Part shown: in pieces, positions 1 through 9,598 of the stretch
How the letters are laid out: the number at the start of each line of letters is the position of its first letter
How positions within the stretch are numbered: position 1 is the first letter of the stretch
IMG/VR virus record: IMGVR_UViG_3300002835_000011
From: an uncultured virus (IMG/VR IMGVR_UViG_3300002835_000011)
Taxonomy: Duplodnaviria > Heunggongvirae > Uroviricota > Caudoviricetes
DNA: 64,000 nt
Reading direction: 5' to 3' (one strand)
Program-made: the position numbers and the translations under genes
Notes under the pieces: model-generated
Database searches by the model: none
What the model saw: only the letters and a program-made list of their open reading frames with translations
What the model was told of the DNA's origin: nothing

Positions 1-722
1 CCACTAGATCCACTAGTAACACCAAAGAATGAAGTTCCAGATGTTCCAGATGTTCCAGAGCTACCAGATATTCCTATCCCACTGGTCCCCGAAGTACCAC
101 TAGTTCCTCCAGTACCACTAGTACCCACACCGCTAGTACCGCTAGTACCACTACTTCCTGATGTTCCGCCACCTCCAGGGGTAGGAGGAACAAATGTTGG
201 GGATATGAAATTGGATTTAGAGGCATCTAAATATATTAGAGATGATTCATCAAAAGTTAAAGGTGAAATAGAAGTTGTTGGATAGCAAATTAGAAAATCA
301 GAAACACCAAGCAAAGAATCCAATCTATTGGCGCCATTAAAATAAATAACGGGGCATTTTACTTTCGATATGATTCCACCTGTATTTTCCACTAAAGATG
401 GATCTCCGAATGGATTTTCTTTAGAAAATACCTGTGGAAATCCGTTTACTAATCCAGTAACAGAAGTGTCAACAGTTGCACCGGAAATTGATGTTAATAA
501 ACACGCGGGTATTCTAACTACGTCAGAGGACGAAAATGTTGTCCCGTCCCATTTAGCGCAATACAAAAAATCAACAGAAGCAGAGAATTGATCTCTGCTA
601 TAACTAGTCCAAAATCTTAGACTCGAAATACCAGTATCTATAACTTTCGCTAATACTGATTCTATAGAAATCTCGTATGTTTCTGGATTATATGTTCTAC
701 CAGTAATTACTAATCCAATCAA
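1..722 (-). CDS. Partial Gly/Ser/Thr-repeat (GTS/GSS) protein, probable structural or fibre protein; runs off the window edge
   Basis: Open frame from TTG at 722 (LIGLVITGRTY...PPTPGGGGTSGSSGTSGTSG...); not in the ORF track because no stop lies in the window; AATATATA box upstream. Confidence 0.75.
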   Translation of the reverse strand, partial: MIGLVITGRTYNPETYEISIESVLAKVIDTGISSLRFWTSYSRDQFSASVDFLYCAKWDGTTFSSSDVVRIPACLLTSISGATVDTSVTGLVNGFPQVFSKENPFGDPSLVENTGGIISKVKCPVIYFNGANRLDSLLGVSDFLICYPTTSISPLTFDESSLIYLDASKSNFISPTFVPPTPGGGGTSGSSGTSGTSGVGTSGTGGTSGTSGTSGIGISGSSGTSGTSGTSFFGVTSGSS

Positions 723-778
723 CTTGTCTTCTTATTTTACTCTATATATTATAGATTAAAATGCTAAAATATTTCTAA

Positions 779-786
779 GATATATA
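779..786 (+). promoter_or_regulatory. Putative late promoter box GATATATA
   Basis: Octamer that recurs shortly before many start codons. Confidence 0.65.
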
Positions 787-790
787 ATAT

Positions 791-1549
791 ATGCCAAATG
801 AACAACTTGAAAAATTGATACAGGCTCTTTCCGGTAAAAAGAAAGTACTTCTTCTTACAACCTCTAATAGATGGGAGGGGAGCAAAGAAATTCCCAAATC
901 CACTCTATTAGCAATGGAAGTGATGGAAATTCTAAAAGAAACAACTGAGGTTTCTTTGTTAGAAATACCCAAGCTTAAAATATTTCCATGTGAGGGTAAC
1001 GTATCTGGGGTGGAAGGAAACAACTGTGGCGTAAAAGATGCTTTATTAAAGGATGAGGAGAAGGATCCATCAGGATATCACAGATGCTGGGCTTCATTAA
1101 ACAATAAAGAAGATGAGCTATGGAAGGTATCAAAAGAGCTTTTTGAATCCGACGCAGTGATATTTTTCATAAGTGTTAGATGGGGTCAAGCCAACGCATT
1201 TTACCAGAAACTTATAGAAAGATTAAACTGGATAGAAAATATGCACACAACTCTAGGTGAAGAAAATATAGTAGCTAATATAGATGCTGGTTGCGTTATA
1301 CTTGGTCAAAACTGGAACGGTGAACAGGTTTTAGAAACACAAAAACAAGTTTATGAGTTTTATGGATTCAATGTTCCTGATGACTTATCATTCTATTGGC
1401 AATATACACAGGATTCTAATGACGAATCTCAGGCTTCTTATAAGGATGCACCAAAAGAATTCGGTAAAGAATTTGAAATATCAATAACGAGACTAAAAGA
1501 ATCTCTAAGTAATAAGTTTAGATTTATAAAAAGACTTATGGATTTCTAG
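791..1549 (+). CDS. Flavodoxin-like / NADPH-dependent FMN reductase family protein
   Basis: VLLLTTSNR, LKIFPCEG, ESDAVIF..VRWG and LIERL motifs of multimeric flavodoxins. Confidence 0.7.
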   Translation: MPNEQLEKLIQALSGKKKVLLLTTSNRWEGSKEIPKSTLLAMEVMEILKETTEVSLLEIPKLKIFPCEGNVSGVEGNNCGVKDALLKDEEKDPSGYHRCWASLNNKEDELWKVSKELFESDAVIFFISVRWGQANAFYQKLIERLNWIENMHTTLGEENIVANIDAGCVILGQNWNGEQVLETQKQVYEFYGFNVPDDLSFYWQYTQDSNDESQASYKDAPKEFGKEFEISITRLKESLSNKFRFIKRLMDF

Positions 1550-1947
1550 GACGGGAATTTAATAGATCCGAAAGATTTCCAAACAGCATCTACTCTATTT
1601 TCGAAAAATCTTATATTAAATTCAGAGCTTTCCTCAGTTCTAAAATCCCATTGTATTGCTTCTAAGCCTATTACACCAGCACCCGCATTTATTTGGGTTT
1701 CAAACGCAAATTCAAACAATTCTGGATTATCTAACATTCCTTTAAGATCGTAACAGTAGCAATATATCGTATACTTTAATTCTTTTTCAACATTAAAGTC
1801 CTTATAATATGCGTCATAGCATATTTCACCTTTTATAGGTTTTCCGTCAAACTTCCGATATCCAAGTTCCACTAATTTTTTTCTGAATGAATCGGATACC
1901 GGGGTTGTTTTTTGTATATTATTGATCGATAGAGAACCTTCCATCAT
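1546..1947 (-). CDS. Hypothetical protein
   Basis: 133-aa ORF continuing the minus-strand run. Confidence 0.6.
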   Translation of the reverse strand: MMEGSLSINNIQKTTPVSDSFRKKLVELGYRKFDGKPIKGEICYDAYYKDFNVEKELKYTIYCYCYDLKGMLDNPELFEFAFETQINAGAGVIGLEAIQWDFRTEESSEFNIRFFENRVDAVWKSFGSIKFPS

Positions 1948-2581
1948 TATAAAATACTTCTATTGGTTTATTTACTGGAGAATATCTTCTGTTTAACAAA
2001 CTACAGTTTATAAAAATAGTATCATCGTCCTGATATGTCCCATATCCCTCGTGGATGTGTCCAAATGCGTTTATTTTTGGATTTACTCTTTTGATTGCTT
2101 TGTATAAATCCTCACATCCTACATCCTCTCCCTCGAGTACCATAGATAATCCATTCTCTATATGAGCTGGAGGTCCGTGAGTTATAAGAACATCAATATC
2201 ATCTGGTATTTTGTCCCAGTGTGGTTGGATGGAAGAACCTCTGTACCTATTAAATGCCCAATTGTGAAAATATGGAGTTATAGGAGATCCCCAGAATTTT
2301 ATTCCTTCTATTTCAACTCCACTATCTAATAACAAATTTATCCCTCTGGACTCAGTCATATTTAATGCGGTCTGGTAATAGTCCTCAAAGAAAAAATCAT
2401 GATTACCAGGAATCATTATTTTGTTCTTATGTGGAAGATCTCCGTACCAATCTAAAAATGACTCAACTTCACTTCTATATCCCCTGCTAGACACATCACC
2501 ACAATGAATTATAAAATCCCCATCTGGTATGTTAAATCTATTATGTAGAGTATGTGTATCAGATATAAATACAAGTTTCAT
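1919..2581 (-). CDS. Calcineurin-like metallophosphoesterase
   Basis: SDTH, HCGD, GNHD, THGP and GHIHE motifs. Confidence 0.92.
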   Translation of the reverse strand: MKLVFISDTHTLHNRFNIPDGDFIIHCGDVSSRGYRSEVESFLDWYGDLPHKNKIMIPGNHDFFFEDYYQTALNMTESRGINLLLDSGVEIEGIKFWGSPITPYFHNWAFNRYRGSSIQPHWDKIPDDIDVLITHGPPAHIENGLSMVLEGEDVGCEDLYKAIKRVNPKINAFGHIHEGYGTYQDDDTIFINCSLLNRRYSPVNKPIEVFYNDGRFSIDQ

Positions 2582-2584
2582 ATA

Positions 2585-2746
2585 CTATTTACTTTCGCTG
2601 TCGATCATATTAGATATCTCTAGATATGTTTTTGATTTAAACAGATCCATTAGTATCTCAAACTTCATAGCTTCTTCTAATGTTTCTATTCTAATCTCTT
2701 CTCCTAAATGAGAAATACAAGAGGGTAAATTTATTGAATTTTCCAT
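2585..2746 (-). CDS. Small hypothetical protein (53 aa, MENSINLP...)
   Basis: Translated by hand; fills the gap directly upstream of the phosphoesterase. Confidence 0.6.
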   Translation of the reverse strand: MENSINLPSCISHLGEEIRIETLEEAMKFEILMDLFKSKTYLEISNMIDSESK

Positions 2747-2789
2747 GATATTATTATTTCATTAATTCTTATTGAATATACCACGTTTA

Positions 2790-2799
2790 GTTTCGGAAC
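2790..2799. promoter_or_regulatory. Back-to-back G[GA]AAC upstream elements of divergent putative middle promoters
   Basis: Near-palindrome GTTTCGGAAC; TATGAT 17 nt downstream on +, TAAGAA 18 nt downstream on -. Confidence 0.5.
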
Positions 2800-2827
2800 A
2801 AAATTGTTTTATAGGGTATGATCTAAT

Positions 2828-3139
2828 ATGATTTATACTAAGAAAATGCGAAATGAAGTTGATCCGGATTATCTAGAGGAGTGGTTAATAAATAACCCAG
2901 ATAAAGTTTACAAAAGATCCGTTGAAACTGCAATATCGATGATAAAAAATAAAAAAGAATCTGAGTCTTTTATTGAATTCTCATGGGACAACGAGATTTA
3001 CTCTAAGATATACATGAAAAGACAGGATATTCCGAAAGCAATGGATAAAGCGATAGAATACTTTGTTAACAATGAGCTTTATGAATATGCTCAGATGGCA
3101 AAAAATGCGAAGGATTCTATGGATAAAACTACTCAGTAA
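2828..3139 (+). CDS. Hypothetical protein with C-terminal F..nE.YE.[AC] motif
   Basis: 103-aa ORF; motif shared with 58884..59225. Confidence 0.6.
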   Translation: MIYTKKMRNEVDPDYLEEWLINNPDKVYKRSVETAISMIKNKKESESFIEFSWDNEIYSKIYMKRQDIPKAMDKAIEYFVNNELYEYAQMAKNAKDSMDKTTQ

Positions 3140-3242
3140 TCATAATAAATATCAAAAAAAATCGGTTTTAATTTTTTTTATTAACAATAATGTGTTAATT
3201 TAGCAAAACAAAGGTTATTAAGTTTAACTAAAATTAAAAAAG

Positions 3243-3449
3243 ATGTCAACAAAAGATTCCTCTAAAAATGAGGGAATTAATGTAAGAGACGAAAGAGAAT
3301 TTAAGCTATGGGTAAAACTGATAGCTTCTATTCAAAAAGACGGAGGTAATATAAGCAAACCCCTAGAGGTTCTTTGGAGAAGCGTAAGGGAAGAGTTTGA
3401 TATTCTCGAAAAAAAATCTAAAGGAAGAAGTAAAATATACCAATCCTAG
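3243..3449 (+). CDS. Hypothetical protein
   Basis: 68-aa ORF with A-rich start context. Confidence 0.55.
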   Translation: MSTKDSSKNEGINVRDEREFKLWVKLIASIQKDGGNISKPLEVLWRSVREEFDILEKKSKGRSKIYQS

Positions 3450-4000
3450 ATATCAGCAAATCCACCTATTTTTATCCCACCGGATACAGATTTATTTTTA
3501 AGATTTATATCTAGATCTGATATCTCGTGATCGAACTTTATATCTTCCATTACTTCGGTTTTGGATAATATAGCCCCGATCCTTCTGTTTTTGTTTATGA
3601 ATCTAGATAGCATATTATTTATTAGTGTGGATTGCTTTAAATACACTATTGGATATTTGCTATACCCAAGTATATCATTTATTGATTTCAGGACGAAATC
3701 TTTATCGTTAAATATTGTTCCTGGAGAAACAACCAGAACATATTCCGTGTGTATTATATTTTTAAAATCCTTAACCGATTGACCAGCTTCAGCTTTAATA
3801 GATTCAATCTTAAGTGAGCGTATCATCTCAGAAGATGCCTGTGCAACATATTGATATGATCCGTCCTTAGATCCAAAATCTAAAACTAGAATTCTAGTTC
3901 CATTTATTTTACTTTTAGTAGACAGATTTTCTATTGTCGTCTTCACACCTAAAACGTTATTCATACATGGTATGACTATAGTTATAATAGAGCTAATCAT
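3446..4000 (-). CDS. Glycosyltransferase family 2-like protein (divergent)
   Basis: ITIVIPCMN and ILVLDFGSKDGS; DxD motif is not intact. Confidence 0.6.
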   Translation of the reverse strand: MISSIITIVIPCMNNVLGVKTTIENLSTKSKINGTRILVLDFGSKDGSYQYVAQASSEMIRSLKIESIKAEAGQSVKDFKNIIHTEYVLVVSPGTIFNDKDFVLKSINDILGYSKYPIVYLKQSTLINNMLSRFINKNRRIGAILSKTEVMEDIKFDHEISDLDINLKNKSVSGGIKIGGFADI

Positions 4001-4005
4001 TTTGG

Positions 4006-4326
4006 TTAATAATTAAAAAATAAGTAATGTATTGCTAGTGAAACGGACCAAACAAAAACTATTCTAAAAAATCTATTTGCACTCATTGATAATATCTGGG
4101 GCAGTAGATCTTCATTTTCGGATTCGTTTTTTATTCTTATTCTGTTTCTTGTTATCATGTATATAAAGCTGATTCCCATTATTTGATAGTATTCAAAATT
4201 TATTAAATATGGGATTTCATATAAATTTATGATACAATAAATCGTTAGTGATTCTAAAAAAGAAAGTGGAAGAGCTATCAATAAAGATAATAGTACTGCA
4301 GAAGATATTTTCTTTAATAATTCCAT
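4006..4326 (-). CDS. Membrane protein (about 3 TM segments)
   Basis: Hydrophobic segments; GATATATA at 4332-4339. Confidence 0.65.
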   Translation of the reverse strand: MELLKKISSAVLLSLLIALPLSFLESLTIYCIINLYEIPYLINFEYYQIMGISFIYMITRNRIRIKNESENEDLLPQILSMSANRFFRIVFVWSVSLAIHYLFFNY

Positions 4327-4339
4327 TCATCTATATATC

Positions 4340-4753
4340 TCAAGCATTGTGAGGTATCTTAGTCCTTACACAAGTCTGAGGCATTCTTTTATTTTTAAGG
4401 TAGTTATTGATGTAACCCATAATATTAGCAGATCCTATAGGATTTGCGCTATGGGTTAAAATAAGTGGAAGATTTATATCTTCCTCCATGCTCTTTGCTA
4501 CCAACCACTTAGCACAATCGTACCCAGTTTTTTCATGGATATTCTCATAGTCTAGGATATAATTAGTAGTTACGTTAGTAAAATACTCTCGTATAGCTGT
4601 TTTTCCTAGATCATGATCCAGAGATATTAATTCTATGTTATCTAGGCCAATCTCCTGAACTTTTTCAACGAAATCATCATAATCTCTGCAAACTACCCAA
4701 CTATCGTCGTGTGGCGTCCTAATATCGTCTAGATATATTTTTACTTTCTCCAT
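4340..4753 (-). CDS. Cyclic-phosphate-processing receiver-like domain protein
   Basis: YLDDIR, ISLDHDLG, TGYD and HSANP.G motifs. Confidence 0.75.
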   Translation of the reverse strand: MEKVKIYLDDIRTPHDDSWVVCRDYDDFVEKVQEIGLDNIELISLDHDLGKTAIREYFTNVTTNYILDYENIHEKTGYDCAKWLVAKSMEEDINLPLILTHSANPIGSANIMGYINNYLKNKRMPQTCVRTKIPHNA

Positions 4754-4758
4754 GTGTA

Positions 4759-5175
4759 TTATTGGTTGGGGTCCGGTTGAGATCCAACCATTCTATTTAT
4801 CCGGATTTTTCCTTTCTCTCCTATCGGAATAGGATTTCCCTCCTCATCAATGTGAACAAACGTTATATGTGTTTTTAAAACCAGAGCCTGTTTTCCTGTA
4901 TAGACATTATGTGCTCTTGCTTCCATATAGAGTGTTACTGAACAGTTGCCAACTTTTGTTGGTGCGCCATATATTTTTAATAACTGGCTTTCTCTAGCTG
5001 GTTTCTCAAAATTACATTTATCTATAGAAACCGTTACCATCCTTGGGCTATCACAAAGCTGCATACAATAACCTGCTGCTGCTGCATCTATCCAAGCCAA
5101 CAATTTTCCTCCGAATAAATTTCCGTGAAACCCAAGATCAGATTTCTTGATTGGGTGTGTATTTAAAAGCTCCAT
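4759..5175 (-). CDS. Acyl-CoA thioesterase (hotdog fold)
   Basis: DLGFHGNLFGGKLLAWIDAAA and TFVHIDEEGNP; start could be 5184. Confidence 0.85.
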   Translation of the reverse strand: MELLNTHPIKKSDLGFHGNLFGGKLLAWIDAAAAGYCMQLCDSPRMVTVSIDKCNFEKPARESQLLKIYGAPTKVGNCSVTLYMEARAHNVYTGKQALVLKTHITFVHIDEEGNPIPIGEKGKIRINRMVGSQPDPNQ

Positions 5176-5176
5176 G

Positions 5177-5476
5177 TTATCCATTGATTTTCTCCATTTC
5201 TTCTCTGAACATAGGAAATACAAATTCCTCTGCTATTTTATCTCCATATAAACTGTGCATGTCCTCACACAATTGAGCTGTAAGGAAAACATCTCTAAAT
5301 CCCATTTCTTCCCAATCTATCCTTACGTTAACTCCTAGAGCTCCTAGAGGAAGTAATTCTGTTGGCTCGCTTCTAGACATTTCATCGTCTAATATTTTTA
5401 TAGTAACACCTTCAATGCTGTTTTGAATGATTTTGATTCCAGATCTAATAACAAGTGAAATTTTTGAATTTTCCAT
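5177..5476 (-). CDS. Hypothetical protein
   Basis: 99-aa ORF in operon. Confidence 0.6.
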   Translation of the reverse strand: MENSKISLVIRSGIKIIQNSIEGVTIKILDDEMSRSEPTELLPLGALGVNVRIDWEEMGFRDVFLTAQLCEDMHSLYGDKIAEEFVFPMFREEMEKING

Positions 5477-5504
5477 TTTTTATTTTATTTGATTAAACCG
5501 TTGA

Positions 5505-6062
5505 TTAACTTAAATAATTGGACATATTTTTAGCAGCTTCAAAAGCTTCTTCCATGGTTTCTATGATTTTTTTACCTCTTAACCTAAATGGTATAACATA
5601 TGATATCCCAGACTCGTCCATCCATTTTTTATCTAGATCGTCACTCTCCTCACGAAGTTCTTTAAATCTGTCTTCCCATTTATTCCAATCCTCTTCAGGG
5701 TAGTCATCTTTAAGTGGCTGGTATTTTTCGTCGAATAATCTATCTCCAATTCTAAACATATTTCCACCTCTGTGAGTATACCCATACATACCCTCAATTA
5801 TAGGATTATCTGTACCATAAGTTTCTTCAACAATAACTGCTGCAACCCCATGTGGATATTCCTCGTCTACCATCATTCTATTTTTCACGTACCATTGCGC
5901 TCTTTCGAAATTCCCGATATAGTGTCCGTTAGGTGATAGAAATGAATTATCCAACGTATGCTCGTTGTTTGGACCAAATGTATGTGCCCCTATTTTTCCA
6001 CCTGTTAATCTTTCGATTTTTTGGATTTCCTCTTGTGTTATTTCTTTTTCAATTTCTTTCAT
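5505..6062 (-). CDS. Hypothetical phage protein
   Basis: 185-aa ORF, YGYTHRG..F.IGD motif. Confidence 0.65.
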   Translation of the reverse strand: MKEIEKEITQEEIQKIERLTGGKIGAHTFGPNNEHTLDNSFLSPNGHYIGNFERAQWYVKNRMMVDEEYPHGVAAVIVEETYGTDNPIIEGMYGYTHRGGNMFRIGDRLFDEKYQPLKDDYPEEDWNKWEDRFKELREESDDLDKKWMDESGISYVIPFRLRGKKIIETMEEAFEAAKNMSNYLS

Positions 6063-6066
6063 AATA

Positions 6067-6303
6067 CTAATAAACTTTAATCATTGGATATTCTACTATT
6101 TCTACGTGTTTTTTACACAGGCTATAATGTTTATCTAGAACCTCATTTAACAGTTCTTCTTTATTTTTTGAGGTATAGGATTGCCAAAAACCTCCATACC
6201 CCATATCCACGCTATATCCTATCCTTTTCCACCCAAATAAAGTTTTTCTTTCCATGTAATAGGTGTCTTTTCTTTTTACGTACCTAATCTTGATTGTTTT
6301 CAT
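6067..6303 (-). CDS. Hypothetical protein
   Basis: 78-aa ORF, translationally coupled. Confidence 0.6.
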   Translation of the reverse strand: MKTIKIRYVKRKDTYYMERKTLFGWKRIGYSVDMGYGGFWQSYTSKNKEELLNEVLDKHYSLCKKHVEIVEYPMIKVY

Positions 6304-6593
6304 AGCTCATCTTTAAAAAATTCTTTTATTCTTTCCTCGTGGGGTTTATTCATTTTTTCTAAAACATCAGCAACCATCCTTAACGAGTAAGATGTCCATA
6401 GACCATTTGGTGCTGTAACAAAATCAAAATAATAATAACCATCAATATCCATAACAATATGTCCGAGAAGACGATTATTAAACATCACTTTATGATGATG
6501 CTCATTTATTTGCTCAGTTCTTAATTTTTGATTTAGAGGTCTCATATCCCCATCAGAAAGCTGAGGATCGTCCCATGTTGTGTCTCTTCCCAT
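6300..6593 (-). CDS. Hypothetical protein
   Basis: Start moved to MGRDTT.. just after the thyA stop. Confidence 0.6.
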   Translation of the reverse strand: MGRDTTWDDPQLSDGDMRPLNQKLRTEQINEHHHKVMFNNRLLGHIVMDIDGYYYFDFVTAPNGLWTSYSLRMVADVLEKMNKPHEERIKEFFKDEL

Positions 6594-6603
6594 ATTTTTA
6601 ATA

Positions 6604-7803
6604 TTAATTGGATAATCTAGCTTTAATCGCAGGATGGGATTGATAATTTTCAACCATAAAATCATTAATCTCCAGATGGGAAAATAAAGACGCATCTTCG
6701 GATAAAGAGTTATAGAATTCTAAAGATTTCATATGTTTTAAAGATGGTAATTTGTATGGCTCCCTACTATAGTATGGTATTTTATGAGCCTCGTAATACT
6801 CCGACATTCCTCCGCCAAATGGCATAAGTTCATTAAGTGCTTTATTATATAAACGCCAGCTCATAGCATCTTTTAGCAGGGTTTTTCTTTCCTCTGGAGT
6901 ATATTTCCTACCAATTTGTTCTTTAGCTTGATCAATATGGTCCGAGTATAAATGGACATCTCCCAAGTTTCCTATCAATTCGTCAGGAACCATATTAACT
7001 GCCTTTGCAATGATTTCTAAAAGCAATCCGTAAGATGCTATATTAAATGGTAAACCCAAGAAAGTATCTACAGATCTCTGATTCCACATTAAAGAGATTG
7101 CTCTGGTTGGGATATTATTTCTATCCCAAGATTCAACCGTAATAGGTGATACAAATACAGAATCATAATTAGCCAATTTTCTTCTCTCATCTAAACTCAA
7201 CTCTCTTGTATAAACTTGAAATCCATAGTGACAAGGTGGAAGAACCATTGAATCCAATTCACCAACATTCCAAGCTGAAACCATTAATCGTCTACTGTCT
7301 GGATTTGTTTTAAGGACGTTAATTAGGTTTGTGATTTGGTCATTGATTGTTGTTACAACTTTACCGTCTTTTACTGACACTTGTTTACCTCCCCAATTTC
7401 TCCATTGTTTACCATAGATTGGACCTAGATCACCCCACTGTTTAGCAAACTCGTCATCCGTCTTGATCATATTAATAAATTGATCTTGATTCCAGATTAA
7501 GTCGGGATCTCCTTCGCTCGTATCCATAAAGTTTTTGAAAGCATCCCCATTCCAAATATGACAATTATTATCAACGAGAAACTTAATATTCGTATCGCCT
7601 CGTAAAAACCACAGTAATTCTGTTACGATAGTCTTGAAAGGCATCTTTTTAGTTGTAAGCAAAGGGAATCCTTCGCTCATTTTATGTCTGATTTGTCTAC
7701 CAAATACGGAGATAGTTCCAGTCCCGGTTCTATCTGCTTTATTCACTCCGTTATCGAGAATGTCTTTAAGAAGAGAAATGTATTGTTTGTCCAGATTATT
7801 CAT
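6604..7803 (-). CDS. thyA: Thymidylate synthase with insertions
   Basis: DRTGTGT, FPLLTTK, PDSRR, LPPCH, QRSVD.FLGLPFN and GDVHLY motifs. Confidence 0.97.
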   Translation of the reverse strand: MNNLDKQYISLLKDILDNGVNKADRTGTGTISVFGRQIRHKMSEGFPLLTTKKMPFKTIVTELLWFLRGDTNIKFLVDNNCHIWNGDAFKNFMDTSEGDPDLIWNQDQFINMIKTDDEFAKQWGDLGPIYGKQWRNWGGKQVSVKDGKVVTTINDQITNLINVLKTNPDSRRLMVSAWNVGELDSMVLPPCHYGFQVYTRELSLDERRKLANYDSVFVSPITVESWDRNNIPTRAISLMWNQRSVDTFLGLPFNIASYGLLLEIIAKAVNMVPDELIGNLGDVHLYSDHIDQAKEQIGRKYTPEERKTLLKDAMSWRLYNKALNELMPFGGGMSEYYEAHKIPYYSREPYKLPSLKHMKSLEFYNSLSEDASLFSHLEINDFMVENYQSHPAIKARLSN

Positions 7804-7805
7804 TA

Positions 7806-8060
7806 CTATTGTTTTTCCTTATGTTTTTCTAGATTGTTTATTAATCCCTGCACTTCACCAAATTTATAAAATCTGATGGGAGGATCTGATTCATGAAATT
7901 CTACATGCCATTCTTCGCCATCCTTCAATCCGTCGCTGGAATTAGATACCAGTTTTAAGTTCTTAGATATTTCGTAAGAGTAGTAATAATAAATACCCCA
8001 ATTTTCATCTTTTACTAGGGTTCCATTAAATCCTAGCATTTGTAATTCTTTCTCAGTCAT
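7806..8060 (-). CDS. Hypothetical protein
   Basis: 84-aa coupled ORF. Confidence 0.6.
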   Translation of the reverse strand: MTEKELQMLGFNGTLVKDENWGIYYYYSYEISKNLKLVSNSSDGLKDGEEWHVEFHESDPPIRFYKFGEVQGLINNLEKHKEKQ

Positions 8061-8374
8061 ACTAAATCATCATCTGTTTCATCATCTTCCTCCATGTCCC
8101 AATCACCTCTAATATAAATATTAAAAAGCTCTTCCGTGGTATAGTAAGTATACTCGTCTCCAAAGCGTGTGGTCCATCTAGGCTCATTTTTATCATTATA
8201 ATCCGGATATACAGAGTGATTTAGTATCCAGTCACCGAATTTTATAACAGAATCTCTCCTATCTCTATACCTTTCAGCAGCCCTGTGTGCTCTATTAGCA
8301 CTGGCCTTCAGGGATATTTTTTCCCACTCTTCATCAGACATACTTTCGATTATTATATCGATCGTTCTTTCCAT
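8057..8374 (-). CDS. Hypothetical protein
   Basis: 105-aa coupled ORF. Confidence 0.6.
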   Translation of the reverse strand: MERTIDIIIESMSDEEWEKISLKASANRAHRAAERYRDRRDSVIKFGDWILNHSVYPDYNDKNEPRWTTRFGDEYTYYTTEELFNIYIRGDWDMEEDDETDDDLV

Positions 8375-8377
8375 TTC

Positions 8378-8716
8378 TTACTTTTTTAAATACTCGATTT
8401 CTATACCTCTTTTTTCTGCGAATTTTAATTCTTCTGCAAGTCCTTTGGATTTATCCCACCCTACCATTGTATTACAAACTAGTAATTTGTCGCACTTTTC
8501 TAAAAGGGTTAAACAGAAATCATTCCAGAATTCCCAATCGGTAGGCATTTTAGCATGCTCTAAAAGGATGTGCCCATAAGTTATTGGAGATATAGCTACG
8601 TGTCCCCTTGAGACCAGATCTGCAACTATTTTTGTAACTATTAAGTAATTCTCGTGTCTTACTCTATCATCAGGATTAGAATATGGAGATGCAACGTATA
8701 TTAATTTCTTAGCCAT
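8378..8716 (-). CDS. DUF1937 / nucleoside 2-deoxyribosyltransferase-like protein
   Basis: IYVASPYS, SPI..H and GWDKSKG..EE..FA motifs. Confidence 0.75.
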   Translation of the reverse strand: MAKKLIYVASPYSNPDDRVRHENYLIVTKIVADLVSRGHVAISPITYGHILLEHAKMPTDWEFWNDFCLTLLEKCDKLLVCNTMVGWDKSKGLAEELKFAEKRGIEIEYLKK

Positions 8717-9224
8717 TTTCGTCATCTTCTAGTTCTTCGCTATTGTTATTAACTTCTGGATCTATCTCAATACCCTCTTTGTATCTGAGAGCTATCTGAA
8801 GAAGCCCGTTTAAATATTGCCATTTAGGAGCAGCATTAGGATAGCTTGGGAAAAGTTCTTTTAGCACATCTTCTTGCCATTCCCTTTCCTCTGGTACAGG
8901 AGAAAGCCATTGGCCATTTTCTTTACTAAATTCCAAAAATCCAGTGGCTACGCCTTTACCAAAAAGGAATCTAGCGAGTTCACCCCTATTAGCCCGGTCT
9001 TTAGGATTAAAGTCCGTATATAATATCTGTTTTCCATCGGTGTAAGTTAATGGCATTTTATTGAAAATAAAGTCTATTACCTTCTTATACGAAAGAATAT
9101 CTACTATGCTGTCTTCTTTATCATAAAGTACATAATTATCGTCTTCCGCTCTTTTTAATTTAAGTATCGGGCCTTCGATATTAATTAGTACTATTTCTTG
9201 TAATTCTTTCTTTTTCAATTGCAT
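8709..9224 (-). CDS. Hypothetical protein
   Basis: 171-aa ORF. Confidence 0.6.
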   Translation of the reverse strand: MQLKKKELQEIVLINIEGPILKLKRAEDDNYVLYDKEDSIVDILSYKKVIDFIFNKMPLTYTDGKQILYTDFNPKDRANRGELARFLFGKGVATGFLEFSKENGQWLSPVPEEREWQEDVLKELFPSYPNAAPKWQYLNGLLQIALRYKEGIEIDPEVNNNSEELEDDENG

Positions 9225-9408
9225 CTTTTAAAAAATTATCCTCAGGATTATAGTTTCCCAGATTATATGTTGTGTATGTTTTTTTTTCTCTTGAGTATAA
9301 TTTTACCATAAGATACCCTAATTCAGAAATGAATATATCGTCTATGATATATTTTTCGCCATCCATTACTAAAGAGGGCTTAGGTTTAGAGCCGGGTCTG
9401 TTTTCCAT
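9181..9408 (-). CDS. Hypothetical protein
   Basis: 75-aa ORF. Confidence 0.55.
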   Translation of the reverse strand: MENRPGSKPKPSLVMDGEKYIIDDIFISELGYLMVKLYSREKKTYTTYNLGNYNPEDNFLKDAIEKERITRNSTN

Positions 9409-9598
9409 TTTTTATCGTATTGATTAACTTGTAAAAAACACTTTTAATTTTCAGAAGTGCTCTTTTAAAAAATCCGCTCTTCTTTTTTTTAGGATCTTTT
9501 TTGTATTTTTTGTATTTAAAATCCTTTTCGATCTTTTTCTTTTTGAGAAACTTCTGATGGAGTTCCCAGTTAATTATTGATTTATTCGTTTCCTGCAT
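9386..9598 (-). CDS. Small basic hypothetical protein
   Basis: 70-aa Lys-rich ORF. Confidence 0.5.
   Translation of the reverse strand: MQETNKSIINWELHQKFLKKKKIEKDFKYKKYKKDPKKKKSGFFKRALLKIKSVFYKLINTIKNGKQTRL

Noticed and set aside
370..591. + strand 73-aa ORF, and the many similar antisense ORFs in the track (e.g. 12352, 15630, 50105, 58178, 63572)
   Set aside because: They are shadow frames opposite better-supported genes.
6604..7803. Intein or intron in thyA
   Set aside because: The frame is continuous, and the inserts are short and lack intein splice-junction motifs.
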